A stretch of DNA of 33,507 bases from Dimargaris cristalligena (taxonomy: Eukaryota). The notes under the pieces were generated by a model. The model was not told the origin of the DNA. It saw only the letters and a list, made by a program, of their open reading frames with translations, and did not search any database. The translations under genes were made by a program, and so were the position numbers. Below are positions 11,930-23,114 of the stretch, piece after piece (within the stretch, counting starts at the first letter, position 1; the number at the start of each line of letters is the position of its first letter). The DNA lies in contig ML002405.1 in the NCBI GenBank assembly GCA_003614675.1, forward strand, positions 1 to 33,507. The letters run 5' to 3'.

Positions 11930-12330
11930 TAAACTAATCTGTTCATATTATGGCCCTAACCTTTGTCCTGTGCATCGCGCTATTTATTACCAGTGGCCTG
12001 TGAACCAATTTAGGCAATCAGCCATATTCAGACGGGTGAAAGGGTTTTCTTCTTCCACTTTTCGAGCCATTGATGTTTCTTTTCAAAGCTTCGTATGACT
12101 AAACCAGCTGACCTTGGTTAGTTTCGATTGTATTCTTACCAAACCATACTTCTGAATAAATATATTCAAGCATTCTTTACTTAATTTCATTTAATTATGG
12201 ATGACATATAATTAAGTATCAGGGATTCAATGATACCATCCTCCCTCATCTAATTGTATAATTTTTACAAAATGCATTTAATAGAAGCAATATAAGCATA
12301 GTTGCTACCCATCTCAAGGGATGCTCCTGC

Positions 12331-13200
12331 TTACGGCTTGGTCTCTAGCGACTTCTCGAACTTAGCGAACTCGTCTCCGCCCAACTTGTCCAGCTCCGTT
12401 TCTACTTGTTCAACGGACGTGACTTCGGGGATATAATGCATCAACATATTCTCGATACCGTTCTTCAGCGTGATAACCGACGAGGAACACGTGCGGCAGG
12501 CGCCCTTCAGGGCCAACTGAACGACCCCCGATTCCTCGTTAAAGCCGATATACTCAATATCGCCACCGTCCTCCTGGATCGAGGGGCGAATGCGGGTATC
12601 CAGCAACTCCTTAATCATTTGAACGACTTCCGAGTCATCGGGCAATATTTGGGTGTCGCGCGGGGAAGTGGGCATCTCGTCCTCGGTCTGGAACACAATC
12701 GGTTGACCCGAGGAATAAAAGTCCATGATGGCGCCGTAAATGTCGGGTTTCAACAACTGCCACGGCGTGTCCTGGTCCTTGGTCACGGTAATGAAATCGC
12801 GGCCGAAAAAGACGCCGGTAACACCGTCGACCATGAGGAGAGCCTTGGCCAACGGGGAGGCGCGGGCACTGCGCATGTCCAGGAATTCGAGGGTCCCCGA
12901 TTGACCCTCGGGGAGGACGGCTTCGCCGGGAACGAATTTGAGGGAATCCTGGTTGGGGGTGGTTTCGGTGCGAATGAACATGGACCGACGGGACATTAGA
13001 CTGCCTAATACGGGTCCGGTGAACGGAGAGGGGGAGGAGGAAGTAGGGGCAGTCCAGCCGCGGGTGGGAATGGTGTTGGGGAGGAAGGAGAGAGACCGGG
13101 TCTGGATCAGTCGGCCACCCAGTCCCCGCAAAGGAGCAGCAACCAAGCGGAGAGGAAGCCTGGTGGCGGTGGTAGCGAGCGAGACAAAATGGGAGACCAT
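12331..13200 (-). CDS. NFU1: Mitochondrial Fe-S cluster scaffold/carrier Nfu1, 289 aa
   Basis: Arg/Ser/Leu-rich presequence, MFIRTETTPN..SLKF Nfu_N domain, and ELLDTRIRPSIQEDGGDI...GACRTCSSS..TLKNGIENML NifU domain with CxxC. Single ORF. Confidence 0.97.
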   Translation of the reverse strand: MVSHFVSLATTATRLPLRLVAAPLRGLGGRLIQTRSLSFLPNTIPTRGWTAPTSSSPSPFTGPVLGSLMSRRSMFIRTETTPNQDSLKFVPGEAVLPEGQSGTLEFLDMRSARASPLAKALLMVDGVTGVFFGRDFITVTKDQDTPWQLLKPDIYGAIMDFYSSGQPIVFQTEDEMPTSPRDTQILPDDSEVVQMIKELLDTRIRPSIQEDGGDIEYIGFNEESGVVQLALKGACRTCSSSVITLKNGIENMLMHYIPEVTSVEQVETELDKLGGDEFAKFEKSLETKP

Positions 13201-14618
13201 GGTTTTCTATAGAATGGCAGAGTGACTGCTTGAATCAAAATAGGGAAAGTCGAATATTGGAGCGTAATGAAATATACAATTGTAGGGAAAACCTAATGGT
13301 ACTGGAACGCATGAGAGCGAGGCATTCAGGTACATGGTGGCGTGGCTTTGGGGCAGCGGTTGCTGAACGACCCACTCCTGGCATAATTATCAATTCAATT
13401 CTACCACCCCAGGAATTTCTCCCAGGGCGCAGGAATGTATGCCGTTGGGAGATTTGACCAATAGAGCTCCGTAGTTGATTTACCCACTTAATTTGCTTAG
13501 AAATACGACTGGCCGCCAGCTCCAATTTCTGTCAAATCGGCCTGATACGGGAAAGCTCGCGTAGTACTGTCCTTTTTTAGAATGGGGGGATGTTGGGTAT
13601 GCATCATTATGACCTTTTAAGCCGATTCCTTGAACTATACCGGTAAAAGGTGGTAATATATATGAGGATGATTACCCAAAAAACCCCTCTCTGTCGAGGA
13701 TATGTCGAATATTCTTTGAATGTCCCATTTGGTCGGATTACGATGCGACGGGGGCAACCACGTGCTCTGAATAAATCGGATTAGACGGCACATCGCGTCT
13801 TTGACCAAGTTATTGGTACTGTGCCATTTGGAAGGTTGTATTAGCTGGTTATTCTCTTTTGCCCACCACTTAATACTACCGAGTACACAAGTAAGATGCA
13901 GCTAGTGGCGCATGGGCGTAGATGGGCAAGGTCCATGCTTAATATTCAGGGCAAACGGGCGACCAACGGGCTTGCACCCCGTTTTATTCACCCCAGTTTC
14001 ACGTTCGCACTTCAAGTCCCATTCTACACTTTTGATAAACCTGCTTAACGAACGCTGGGGTTCCTATTTGCCGGAAACTGAACCGAATGAGGCTGATGCA
14101 CCCTGTTCGCATAGTAAACAGAATAGGTGGAGCCGTCACCACTAACAGGAAAAAGAGAACGTCTCTTCCAGAGTAATCCACCTCATCATCCATTGTGGAA
14201 TCATCGAACCTCCGTCACTTCGTCCACACCCGTGATGTCATCGTTCCACCCCACCAACACCCATTTTAGTACAGGCGTATATAATCCACCCCGTCTTCCC
14301 TCATCTAGCAAGTGTATAATAGCCGGTCTATTCCTTCAATTCCTTTTACTTTGCCCCTCTGTATTATATTTTGTCATTTATAATATCCATGGCCCAATTC
14401 ACTCAAATACATCATCTTTGAACTAGTTTCCTTTGCCCCGCTGGTTCCACCAGCCACGTTGGGCATTAATACCTATCCATCAACCTAGAAAGTGGCAGTT
14501 TAAATTTATCTCACTCGTATTTCCGCTTCTTATTGTCAACGCATATCACAATACACCTGGGCCATACCCAGTCAAACACCCCAGTATCCTATATTTTCCC
14601 ATACAATTGCAGTCGACC

Positions 14619-15341
14619 ATGTACCTGGGGTTCCCCTTTATCCACCTGGGGGTATGGATTTTCCTCCTGGGCCGCCTTGCCGCCTCACCTCTTCCCACAG
14701 CCAGTCCAACAGCTTCCTCCACCGAGTCGGTGCACCCCACGACTGATTCTGCAAGAAGTTTACTCGGGACGCCCATGATCCTGTACAGTTACCACGTGGC
14801 CTACGAGAGCAGCACCCGCGGTCCCCAGTCCGTGGCCCTCTATGACTGCGAGGGAACCCTCCTCGCCCATTCGACCGCCGACTTCGCCCGAAACCTCGTC
14901 AAACAAGGCTCGGGCCGCCTATTCGACGGTCGTTACATCAACCAGTCCTACTGCACCTGCGACTCTGACCAATATAACTGTTTCAGTCTTGTGGACGGAC
15001 CTTTGGGCTCGGGCGGCCAAACCCTGAACTCCTACACGAGTGCCAGCTCGGACTTGTATCCCATCGGCACGACCCTCTGGATAACCGAATTGGCGGACCA
15101 GCTCCTTGCCAATGGCCAACACCACTCCGGGTGTGTGCGGGTGGACGATTCGTACGATGAACCCCATTCGGGTATTCTGAGCCTGTTTATCGGTCGGGAA
15201 ATTAGCGGTCAGTTTTTGATGAAGGAACTGCAGTCGGATTCGACCCCGATTGTCCATGCTCAAGTGGCCGACTGTCAACCCCGGGAGTATACAGACCGCT
15301 ACTTGCGCCCCATCGCCTTACGCTACCTACTTTTCAAATAG
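14619..15341 (+). CDS. Secreted MltA/3D-domain-like (double-psi barrel) protein, paralog 1, 240 aa
   Basis: ATG 14619, signal-peptide-like MYLGFPFIHLGVWIFLLGRLAA, S/T-rich linker, then QGSGRL, SASSDLYPIGTTL, GCVRVDD and six Cys. Clear paralog of 17766-18551. Confidence 0.75.
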   Translation: MYLGFPFIHLGVWIFLLGRLAASPLPTASPTASSTESVHPTTDSARSLLGTPMILYSYHVAYESSTRGPQSVALYDCEGTLLAHSTADFARNLVKQGSGRLFDGRYINQSYCTCDSDQYNCFSLVDGPLGSGGQTLNSYTSASSDLYPIGTTLWITELADQLLANGQHHSGCVRVDDSYDEPHSGILSLFIGREISGQFLMKELQSDSTPIVHAQVADCQPREYTDRYLRPIALRYLLFK

Positions 15342-17640
15342 CCTTATTATCCTTATAAAATATAAGTGTATATATAAATGTATATTACCATTCCTCAAAA
15401 CTGTTTATTTATAATTTCGACAGCTTTGAGCGGCACAGACTTGATGCTGGCTTTCCGTAAGGAACTGCCGCTTGGTAACCGGGTATTGGTTAATCATTTG
15501 TGAATTTCGAGTAGGTCGTCCACACTGTCGCGGACTGTAAATGGGTGCCCATTGTGCCAATCAATCCCCTCGATTTGCTTAATAGGTAATGCAATATTGG
15601 TATTATATGGTCACCGAGTAGTGGCTTGGTCTGGAGAAAGGGAGGTGGTTAATACGAATTCCTTTTATCTAAAGGAAGATGCCCTTCTCTACGGCTAAGA
15701 AGGCAATTGTATCCCTCCTCAACCACTCGGTAGGTATAGGTAGAATGCACCCATTAATAGCGACGAACACATGTCCAAGTCGGTTTGATAAGGCTGATGT
15801 GCTTCCCTATTAGCTATTGATGGATCCCGTTGAACGAGGTATTTTCATCCTTGAAGGGGAAATCCTTCACCACTGCACTGGGGTAGTTTTGTTCACAGGC
15901 CCTTAGTATCATTCCCCAACAGGTCGAAGAAAGGGTGGCTAGCACCCCACCTAAAACGATCATTTTAACACTCTTACACATACGCACACACACACTCATT
16001 CTCTCTCTCTGGGTGGATCATTCGCTAACACCGAAGCCGGGTGTTGAACCCCTCTTTGGGGAGAAGTGGTATGTCGTTTATATTGCTACCCCATCCGGGA
16101 TTTCCTTTGGGAATATAAACATTTTGGGGCCAGTATGATCTCCCCTCGCCAAAGAAACAAGAACAAGTGGTTGAGATAATCATCATCATCTCAGTACCCG
16201 TCGCAAACTACAGCAGGCCTCGATAGTACAGACACACCTTAGTCAAATTACCTGTTTGCCAAATAGAGGGTGGGATACGGAACTAGTCCACTGTCCTCTA
16301 CATGCTCAGCAGGGGGTTCAAAGTGGATCGTTATTTCTATCCGACTCCCCACCAGATAAAATCACCCATAGTTGTTCGTGGGTAACTCCTAATGGCGGCT
16401 GGCATTAAAAGTTATCAGTTGGCTGAACCCGGCTTAGTTAGTAGCTGAATGGACCCCAAGTCATTAAAGACAACCATACAGTCCTGGCATTTTTCTTCTC
16501 TTAATGACCCCCCACTCCAGCTCAGCAAACAAAAGAACTGTATGGCTAGATAAATTAATAGAAGGGAGGAATGGGACTCGGTTTTAACGATCTGTATCTC
16601 CCTGTCCTTCCCGGCCTGTTTTGATCAACGCCCCAGCTTTAATGTCCATGAATTCTACTGATAGCCAGTCGCACCACGCGCTCATCCCCATTAGTTGTAC
16701 CGTGGGCACTTGGCCATGCCTCTAACTAGGCGAATCCATAATTTCTATGAAAGCCAAAAGAATCTAAAGCAAGCGCTTGAAATATGTTCAGTGGATCTGT
16801 AGAAGAGCATTCCATATTTATTCGACCTTATTCCTAACAAGTATGCTATATGTAGGGAAAGCTGGACCAATCCTTCTTGACCTATTGCTAAAAGGATACA
16901 TTTACGAGAGGCCAAATGGTAAAAGATACGGTATGAGTGGGGGTGGGTAAAAGTACCATTCCCATGTCCAGTATAGAAGGACATATCCATGCGTGTTCCC
17001 TCGTCCACCCACGTTTATCCCTAATCCAGCGTTAAAGGAAAATCGCGAATACTGTAACCCTCATTGGCCGATCCATTACGCATAACTACACATACCTAAA
17101 TTGATAAGCGGTGTGGCCTTGTAAGCCCCTCCTCCCCCTAATGCGAGTAAAAATTATACCACTTGAAGTCAAGCCTGAATAACGGATACTAATTAGGCCC
17201 AAGCAAGGGAATGGCTGCCTGTCCACAGTATAAGCCGGGTAATGAGAATGTTCATTCCCGAAGCAACTCCCGCACTCACATTTTCTCATGATTTTTAAGC
17301 CATCGGGTCTTGCATTGTGCTTTATTAAGGGCACCGTCATGAATGAGGATTTTCACCCATTACCGGCATTGATGCACTGTTTCCTGTCGTACTGATTTAA
17401 ATAGTGCAATTGCGGTCTACCATTCTAAAGTATATATAGTAGATTGTGCCGCCCCGCCTCTATTGAGCAAACTGGCGATATTTTTTAGCGGCTCTCCCTC
17501 ATAATTACTACAATTCATATATATTTATATTTATTCCAGGTGTTTTCTATACCATTGCTTTATATTTGAACTAGATTTTAATTTTTCCAACGGCGACGTG
17601 CCTGGGTCTCCAAGGTGGCGCTACCGCCGACCAAGAGCCT

Positions 17641-17647
17641 TATAAAA
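17641..17647 (+). promoter_or_regulatory. TATA box upstream of 3D-like paralog 2
   Basis: TATAAAA about 125 bp before ATG 17766. Confidence 0.45.
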
Positions 17648-17765
17648 CTGTATCGACCTTTAGATATTCCAACTAGTTGATTTCAAGATATCTGTCAACT
17701 CTTGGTCATATCTCTTCCCTGCTCCCTATCCCCAGTTCGACCCGCGATTATAGTCGTTTTTGACC

Positions 17766-18551
17766 ATGGTCCTATGTGGTGTTTGGGGGATTTTCCTCTT
17801 CGTTTACTTAATCGTACTCACCCGGGCCGATCCGTTTTTTAACTCCACGACCCTCACTAACAGCCGGAACCCCTCTTTTCCCGCCGAACTACAACCATTG
17901 CCGCCGTCCACACTGGCGGCCACCCGTACCACGCGAAGGATTCGGGCGGTTGACATCGTCCTCAAATACGATGCCAGTAAGGACGGTACCCACGAACTGA
18001 TTTTCAGTTCGTACAATGTGGCCTACGAAAGTCGCACCCGGGGCACCCGCGATACGTATGTGCGGGACTGCCAAGGTCAACCGCTTGTCAAGGTCACCCA
18101 CCAATTCGCCGAGGATCTTTTGCGCCAGGGGTCGGGGCGACTCCTGACGGGGCAGTACATGAACATTGGGGACTGTCTCTGCGAGAATAACTTCAGCTGC
18201 TTCATGTTCACCGCAGCGGCCATGGGTATCGGGGGCGCGCAACTCCAGGCTTTTGTGAGTGTGTCGTCGGACGTGTACCCGTTGGGCACTTATTTGATGG
18301 TCGAGGAACTCAAGGGTCTTTTACTGCCCAATGAGGAGCACCACGACGGTTGCGTGCGGGTCGATGATTATTACGAAGACTCGATTCTGGGCAACTTGAC
18401 GCTGTTCGTCGATAAGAAGGGCAACGATGATTTTATCCGGGGCTTATTGCACAATGATAATGTCCGCGCTACCCCTTCTGACTGCAAACCCAAACACTAC
18501 ACGGATCGTTATTTGTTTCCCATTTCGATGGTGCTCTTCAAATTTACCTAA
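17766..18551 (+). CDS. Secreted MltA/3D-domain-like protein, paralog 2, 261 aa
   Basis: ATG 17766, signal-peptide-like MVLCGVWGIFLFVYLIVLTRA|DP, then VAYES.TRG, QGSGRL, SVSSDVYPLGT, HHDGCVRVDD, YTDRYL.PI. Same six-Cys pattern as paralog 1. Confidence 0.75.
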   Translation: MVLCGVWGIFLFVYLIVLTRADPFFNSTTLTNSRNPSFPAELQPLPPSTLAATRTTRRIRAVDIVLKYDASKDGTHELIFSSYNVAYESRTRGTRDTYVRDCQGQPLVKVTHQFAEDLLRQGSGRLLTGQYMNIGDCLCENNFSCFMFTAAAMGIGGAQLQAFVSVSSDVYPLGTYLMVEELKGLLLPNEEHHDGCVRVDDYYEDSILGNLTLFVDKKGNDDFIRGLLHNDNVRATPSDCKPKHYTDRYLFPISMVLFKFT

Positions 18552-19614
18552 TATACACACGCACACATGCGAACTAGCAAAGACACCCCTTATGAGCCTT
18601 ATTTCTATATGATTACAATCTCACATTGGCCGAGGTAAGATGTTATAATTCTACCCCTCTAATTCATGTTAAGCTTATGTTTCTATTCCCTAATAATACG
18701 GTTTCTGTATTACGCCCATCTAAGGAAAACCAAGGTAGAGAGTATATCTTGGTTATTAACTGATTTTTGCTTCGACTTTACGATATAGAGTGTGCGGTGG
18801 GGCCCTCTATAAAGGTCGAGGGAATACATTAATTTATACAAATAGGGAGAATATATCGTATATTATCTGTAGCAATGAAATGAGCTTGAGAGCAAACAGG
18901 TTCAAATGACAGTGGGGCAATGGTTATACTAGGCTAATAAACTGATGGTGTGGTCCATTTCTTCAGTGATGCCACTAGCCCCCTAGTAAAAATATCGTAC
19001 CGGGCCTTAGAAGAACTACAACGTCAACTCTAGAAAATGAATTTAGTCTCGTTGAATTTGAACTATTCGGCTGGATTACCAGGGGCGAAGCAGATATAGC
19101 TGCCCTACTAGTTACTAATATGTATACCCTAAGGTGGTGGTGGAAAAGGTACATTTTTAAACAAATTGAGCGCTCCCAGTTAGCCACTTGTCACTTTTAG
19201 AAAGGAAAAGAAAGGTTGGCCAGAGAGAGCTTCGCTGCCGCGTAGATATAATAACTGTACGTACCATCTGTGGATAACTTATAAAACCGACGGCACCACA
19301 ACTAGTCCATAAACCTCCCCCTCCGCCGATTCACACAATCTGGAGCCACTAATTCCCCTCCCCTTTCAAACCCCAGCCCTCAGAGTCAGATTCACCCCCA
19401 CCCAATCGGCCAGGGGAAATGACCAACGATTCTCGACTTTATTGACCAGAATTCAATTTACTTTTTGAGCTCATCCAATCCCTACGATTCTTTACTTTTT
19501 CTATATTTTCTTTCGTTGCATCGGTCCCTATATTCAACTCGATTAACCCTCCGATCCCCCCTTTCCCTAATCCACTACTTTATTTACTAACCCGCCAATC
19601 TCCCAATTTCCACC

Positions 19615-20412
19615 ATGGTCGGTGCCGCTCTCCGTTCTCTGGCGCCTCTCGGCCGCCTGTCTGGCCGCACTTTAAGCACTTCCGCTCGGGTCGCCACCAC
19701 GACCGCCACCTCCGGTTCCGCCGTGGAGAAGCCGGGCCGCGAATCTAAATCGGTGGTGGATCCCACGGTCGGTGGGGCCTTGGTACACGCCGATGTGGTG
19801 TCGGGAGCCCCCGTGGAACTGCATAGCCGTATGGTGCGCATCTTCAAACCAACCAAATCGGCGATGCAGTCGGGTACGGCGGCCACCCAGAACTGGCGGG
19901 TGGACTTTGATGTGATTGACCACGGCGACCGTTGGGAAAACCAGCTGATGGGCTGGGCCAGTAGGTAAGCTACTTTTAAGCGATAAACTCGAATGCTGTA
20001 GTTTACAGGGCAAATGCATTCCCTTCCTCTCTTGCTTGCCCCTCGCCTACCTACCTATATATATATATATATATCGACCACTGGTCTAAGTCTAATGGGT
20101 GCATTAATAGAGGACCTATAAATCCTTAAATGCCCGACTATTTAGCCATGGATTGCATTTACTAATTACGCCCAACCCACTTCAACCCCGCCACTATGCC
20201 ATCTATTCGTTTTGACCGCCTATTCCAGCGCCGACTACATGCAGGCCATTCGCATGAAGTTCAAGACCAAGGAGGCCGCGGTGGAGTTTGCCGAAAAGCA
20301 GGGCTGGAACTACTACGTGCAGGAACCCAAAGTCCGGGCCTTTAAGCCCAAGGTGTATGCCGAAAATTTCTCGTACTCCCCGAACAAACTGCGCCTGATC
20401 CGAACCAAATAG
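19615..20412 (+). CDS. NDUFS4: NADH:ubiquinone oxidoreductase subunit NDUFS4 (fungal 21-kDa type); 2 exons, ~177 aa
   Basis: Exon1 19615-19964 (AG|gtaagc), exon2 20229-20412 (ccag|C). Motifs [47 protein letters not shown]. Mitochondrial presequence present. Confidence 0.96.
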
Positions 20413-21430
20413 ATTTCCTTTTAACTTGGCAATCCCCCGGCACTACTACTACAGCTACTATTGTGCATAGTCGCGTGCCTATAGTGGACATCTATTTGTT
20501 ACTGTTGTTGATTTTCTTTGGTTAGGGGATGCCTCTGTGTATTTTTTTTACCGGCTGGTTGTTTGCTGAAAGCCAGCCGGTGTTTCGTATTCGCTTTAGG
20601 CTTCACTCCGGGGATTCGTCGTATTTATTTCATATTCATGAACCCATTGCCGTTGGAAATAAACACCGATAATGGAGCACTTTTAACGGGTGGTTCGACA
20701 TACAGGTGAGGTGTTTTTGAGGCGGTTAATCTACATTACCCCTTTTAGCCATTGATGGATATGGCTCGTGCGGAAGGATGCTGGGATAGTCAGAGTGAGG
20801 TACCACTCAATAGGGCCCCAGGTTGGAGTGGGCATCTTTATGATGGACTGGGAGGGGGAGGAGGATACATACCATCCAAAGAAAGAGTTAAGTTGTGGAC
20901 CCTGTGCCACTCTAGGGGGGGGGGAATCTTTAAGCCGGGGTACACCAAAGGGGTCAGCTGATTCAAAGGAGCGTAGGCTGCACCACCTGAGCCTCCTCTA
21001 AAGATAAAGTGGAAGAGCACTTGAAAATCTTATGGACGTGGCCATGTCTTGGGGGAAGGAGGAGGGGGTTCTCGCCGCCAATAGCCTGCAGCTTATTACC
21101 TCAAATTATCGCCATCTGGGCTTGGCAATGGACAATGGTAGATGGCCATCCGATATAGGAATATTTAAAAGGTGAATAGGGAGGGGGATTGTCGCCCTCG
21201 ACTCTAACCAGGCAGAACATTCGGGCCGAACTGCCAAGCCCCGAAACGCAATCATTGGTACAGTTATCACACCATGGCATTTCCACCCAATGGAGTGTGA
21301 CCCCTTCTATCTCTCTTGGCTGCCCTTACTATTTATAAACGTATGCATCATATCTGGTGGATTCATTTCTTTAATCGGCGGGTGACAACTAGGTCCACGC
21401 CTTTAACTTTTATTAATAGCCCACCACGAC

Positions 21431-21463
21431 TAATAATAATGATAATAATAATAATAATAATAA
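21431..21463. repeat. (AAT)n microsatellite
   Basis: Seen directly. Confidence 0.85.
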
Positions 21464-22307
21464 TTAATATTATGCAAGGACCTGCGTGCCGAGCCCCGCG
21501 GGTGGAGGTGGTGCACAGAACACCGATGACGACCTGCCCCAGGTCCTTGGAAGGAGTCGGAGAAGGAGGGGGGCGCGCCGTGGCTTGGCAAGCCCCACGA
21601 GGCAATCAACGGCCCAGCGTGACCATAACAGATGGAGAAGGTGTAGGGAAGCTATAGACTTTTTATTCTTCTTATCTGAGACACCCCGCAGCCGAGACGG
21701 TCCGCGCGGCATTCTATAGAGAATATAATAGCACAGGCAGGCAAAGAGCGGTATTGCGTATAGTAGCAGCTGATAGGGAGGAGACAAGGAAAGGAACTGG
21801 CCATAAATTTTATTAGTCAAACCCCCCAAAAGATTGGGCCAGAGCAAGGCTTCCAAAACATTGGCTCGTTTGGCATAAAACCCACGAAGCAGACGGCGTT
21901 TCACCAAGGCCTTCCTATACTACAACCTCACAGCGGACCAATGAAATGACATTGGCGCTCTCTCGCCTGCTACTAAATCTTGCTGTATACTATTATATTA
22001 TATTAGATTATATTAATCGCTCGCTCAATCCATATAACTAACTCAACTTCCCCCTCTCATACTGTAAATTCCCGCCCCAATTCTCCCCCCCCTCTCTCTA
22101 TATTATCCTCCCCACCACCACCACCTCCTACAGTCATTATTATTGTCGTTTCTTGCTTTTCTTGGCATTTCCTAAATAACTCTGGTCTATCGCTCTTTCT
22201 TTCGCTCTTTGTTCCATTGCCTGAATATAACCTTATTCCTGGGTTTCATCTAGACTCGCCTCCCTCTTATTTCTTCTCCTTCGACTCCTCCTCCGATACC
22301 TTACACT

Positions 22308-23114
22308 ATGGACAAGGGCTACCCCAATCCTCCCCAGAACGCCTACGGTGGTGGCTACCCCCAGGCCCAAGGCTACTACGGCGCCCCTCCCCAGGGCCAA
22401 TTCCAGGCTCCTCCTCAGCGTAAGTTTCCCCCGCTGGCCCGTCCTTTTAACATCATCCATATATACCACGCCCCAGAATTGCGACGCCTTTAAAAATTAT
22501 CTAGGTTTTGTTTATAGGGGCGGAGAAATGAGACTGGCTTATAGACCACCCATCTCATTCGGTGCCCCCCTCGCCCTCCCAACACACCGGCTTATTAATT
22601 AACCCACCTGGCACGTATTGTCCGATCTCCCCCCCTTGGTCTCTCCCCTAATTAGAGTACTACGCACCCCCCCAGGGCCAGTACCAGCAGCAACCCCCCA
22701 TGGCCCAGCACTACCCCCCACAAGAGGATAAAGGCACCGGTGGCCTCTGCCTTGGCCTGTAAGTCCCATTATACGCATTTATTCTCCTATCTATTTATTC
22801 CCAGGCTTGGCTTAGGCTGAAGCCAAGGGTGGATACTACTGGCTCCCCCACCTGCTCCAAGCCCCCCCTTCTATAAAGAGAGCGGAAGCGTATTTCTGGC
22901 CCCATTTCTTGGGCCATGGTTCTTATGTAAGGGGAGGGCATACCTCCAGCCCTCCTCCCTATATATAAATATATATATATATATGTATTATGGCTTACTA
23001 ACCGTATTTTCCGTTGACCTGCCAACTGTCGCATTCTGCTATTCATAATTATTGATTACCTACAACAGGGGTCTCGGTGCTCTTTTATGCTGCTGCTGCG
23101 ATATCTGCTGTTAA
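22308..23114 (+). CDS. CYSTM-family (cysteine-rich transmembrane module) protein 1; 3 exons, 86 aa
   Basis: Exons 22308-22419, 22656-22758, 23069-23114 (GT-AG, 261 nt) give MDKGYPNPPQ...P/Q/Y/G-rich...EDKGTGGLCLGLGLGALLCCCCDICC*, the typical CYSTM layout. Confidence 0.88.

Noticed and set aside
12406-12999. 197-aa + strand ORF opposite NFU1
   Set aside because: Antisense shadow caused by codon bias.
14433-14618. 62-aa N-terminal extension of 3D-like paralog 1
   Set aside because: TTG start. The ATG at 14619 places the signal peptide at the N-terminus, as in the paralog.
15400-17600. Third MltA-like paralog or relic in the spacer
   Set aside because: None of the family motifs appear in the listed ORFs or the frames I inspected.
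12331-20412. NFU1 and NDUFS4 as a mitochondrial Fe-S/complex I gene cluster
   Set aside because: They are separated by unrelated secreted-protein genes, so proximity is likely coincidental.
21316-21907. GC-rich ORFs upstream of CYSTM1
   Set aside because: Overlapping, repeat-derived and without motifs. Better explained as promoter DNA.
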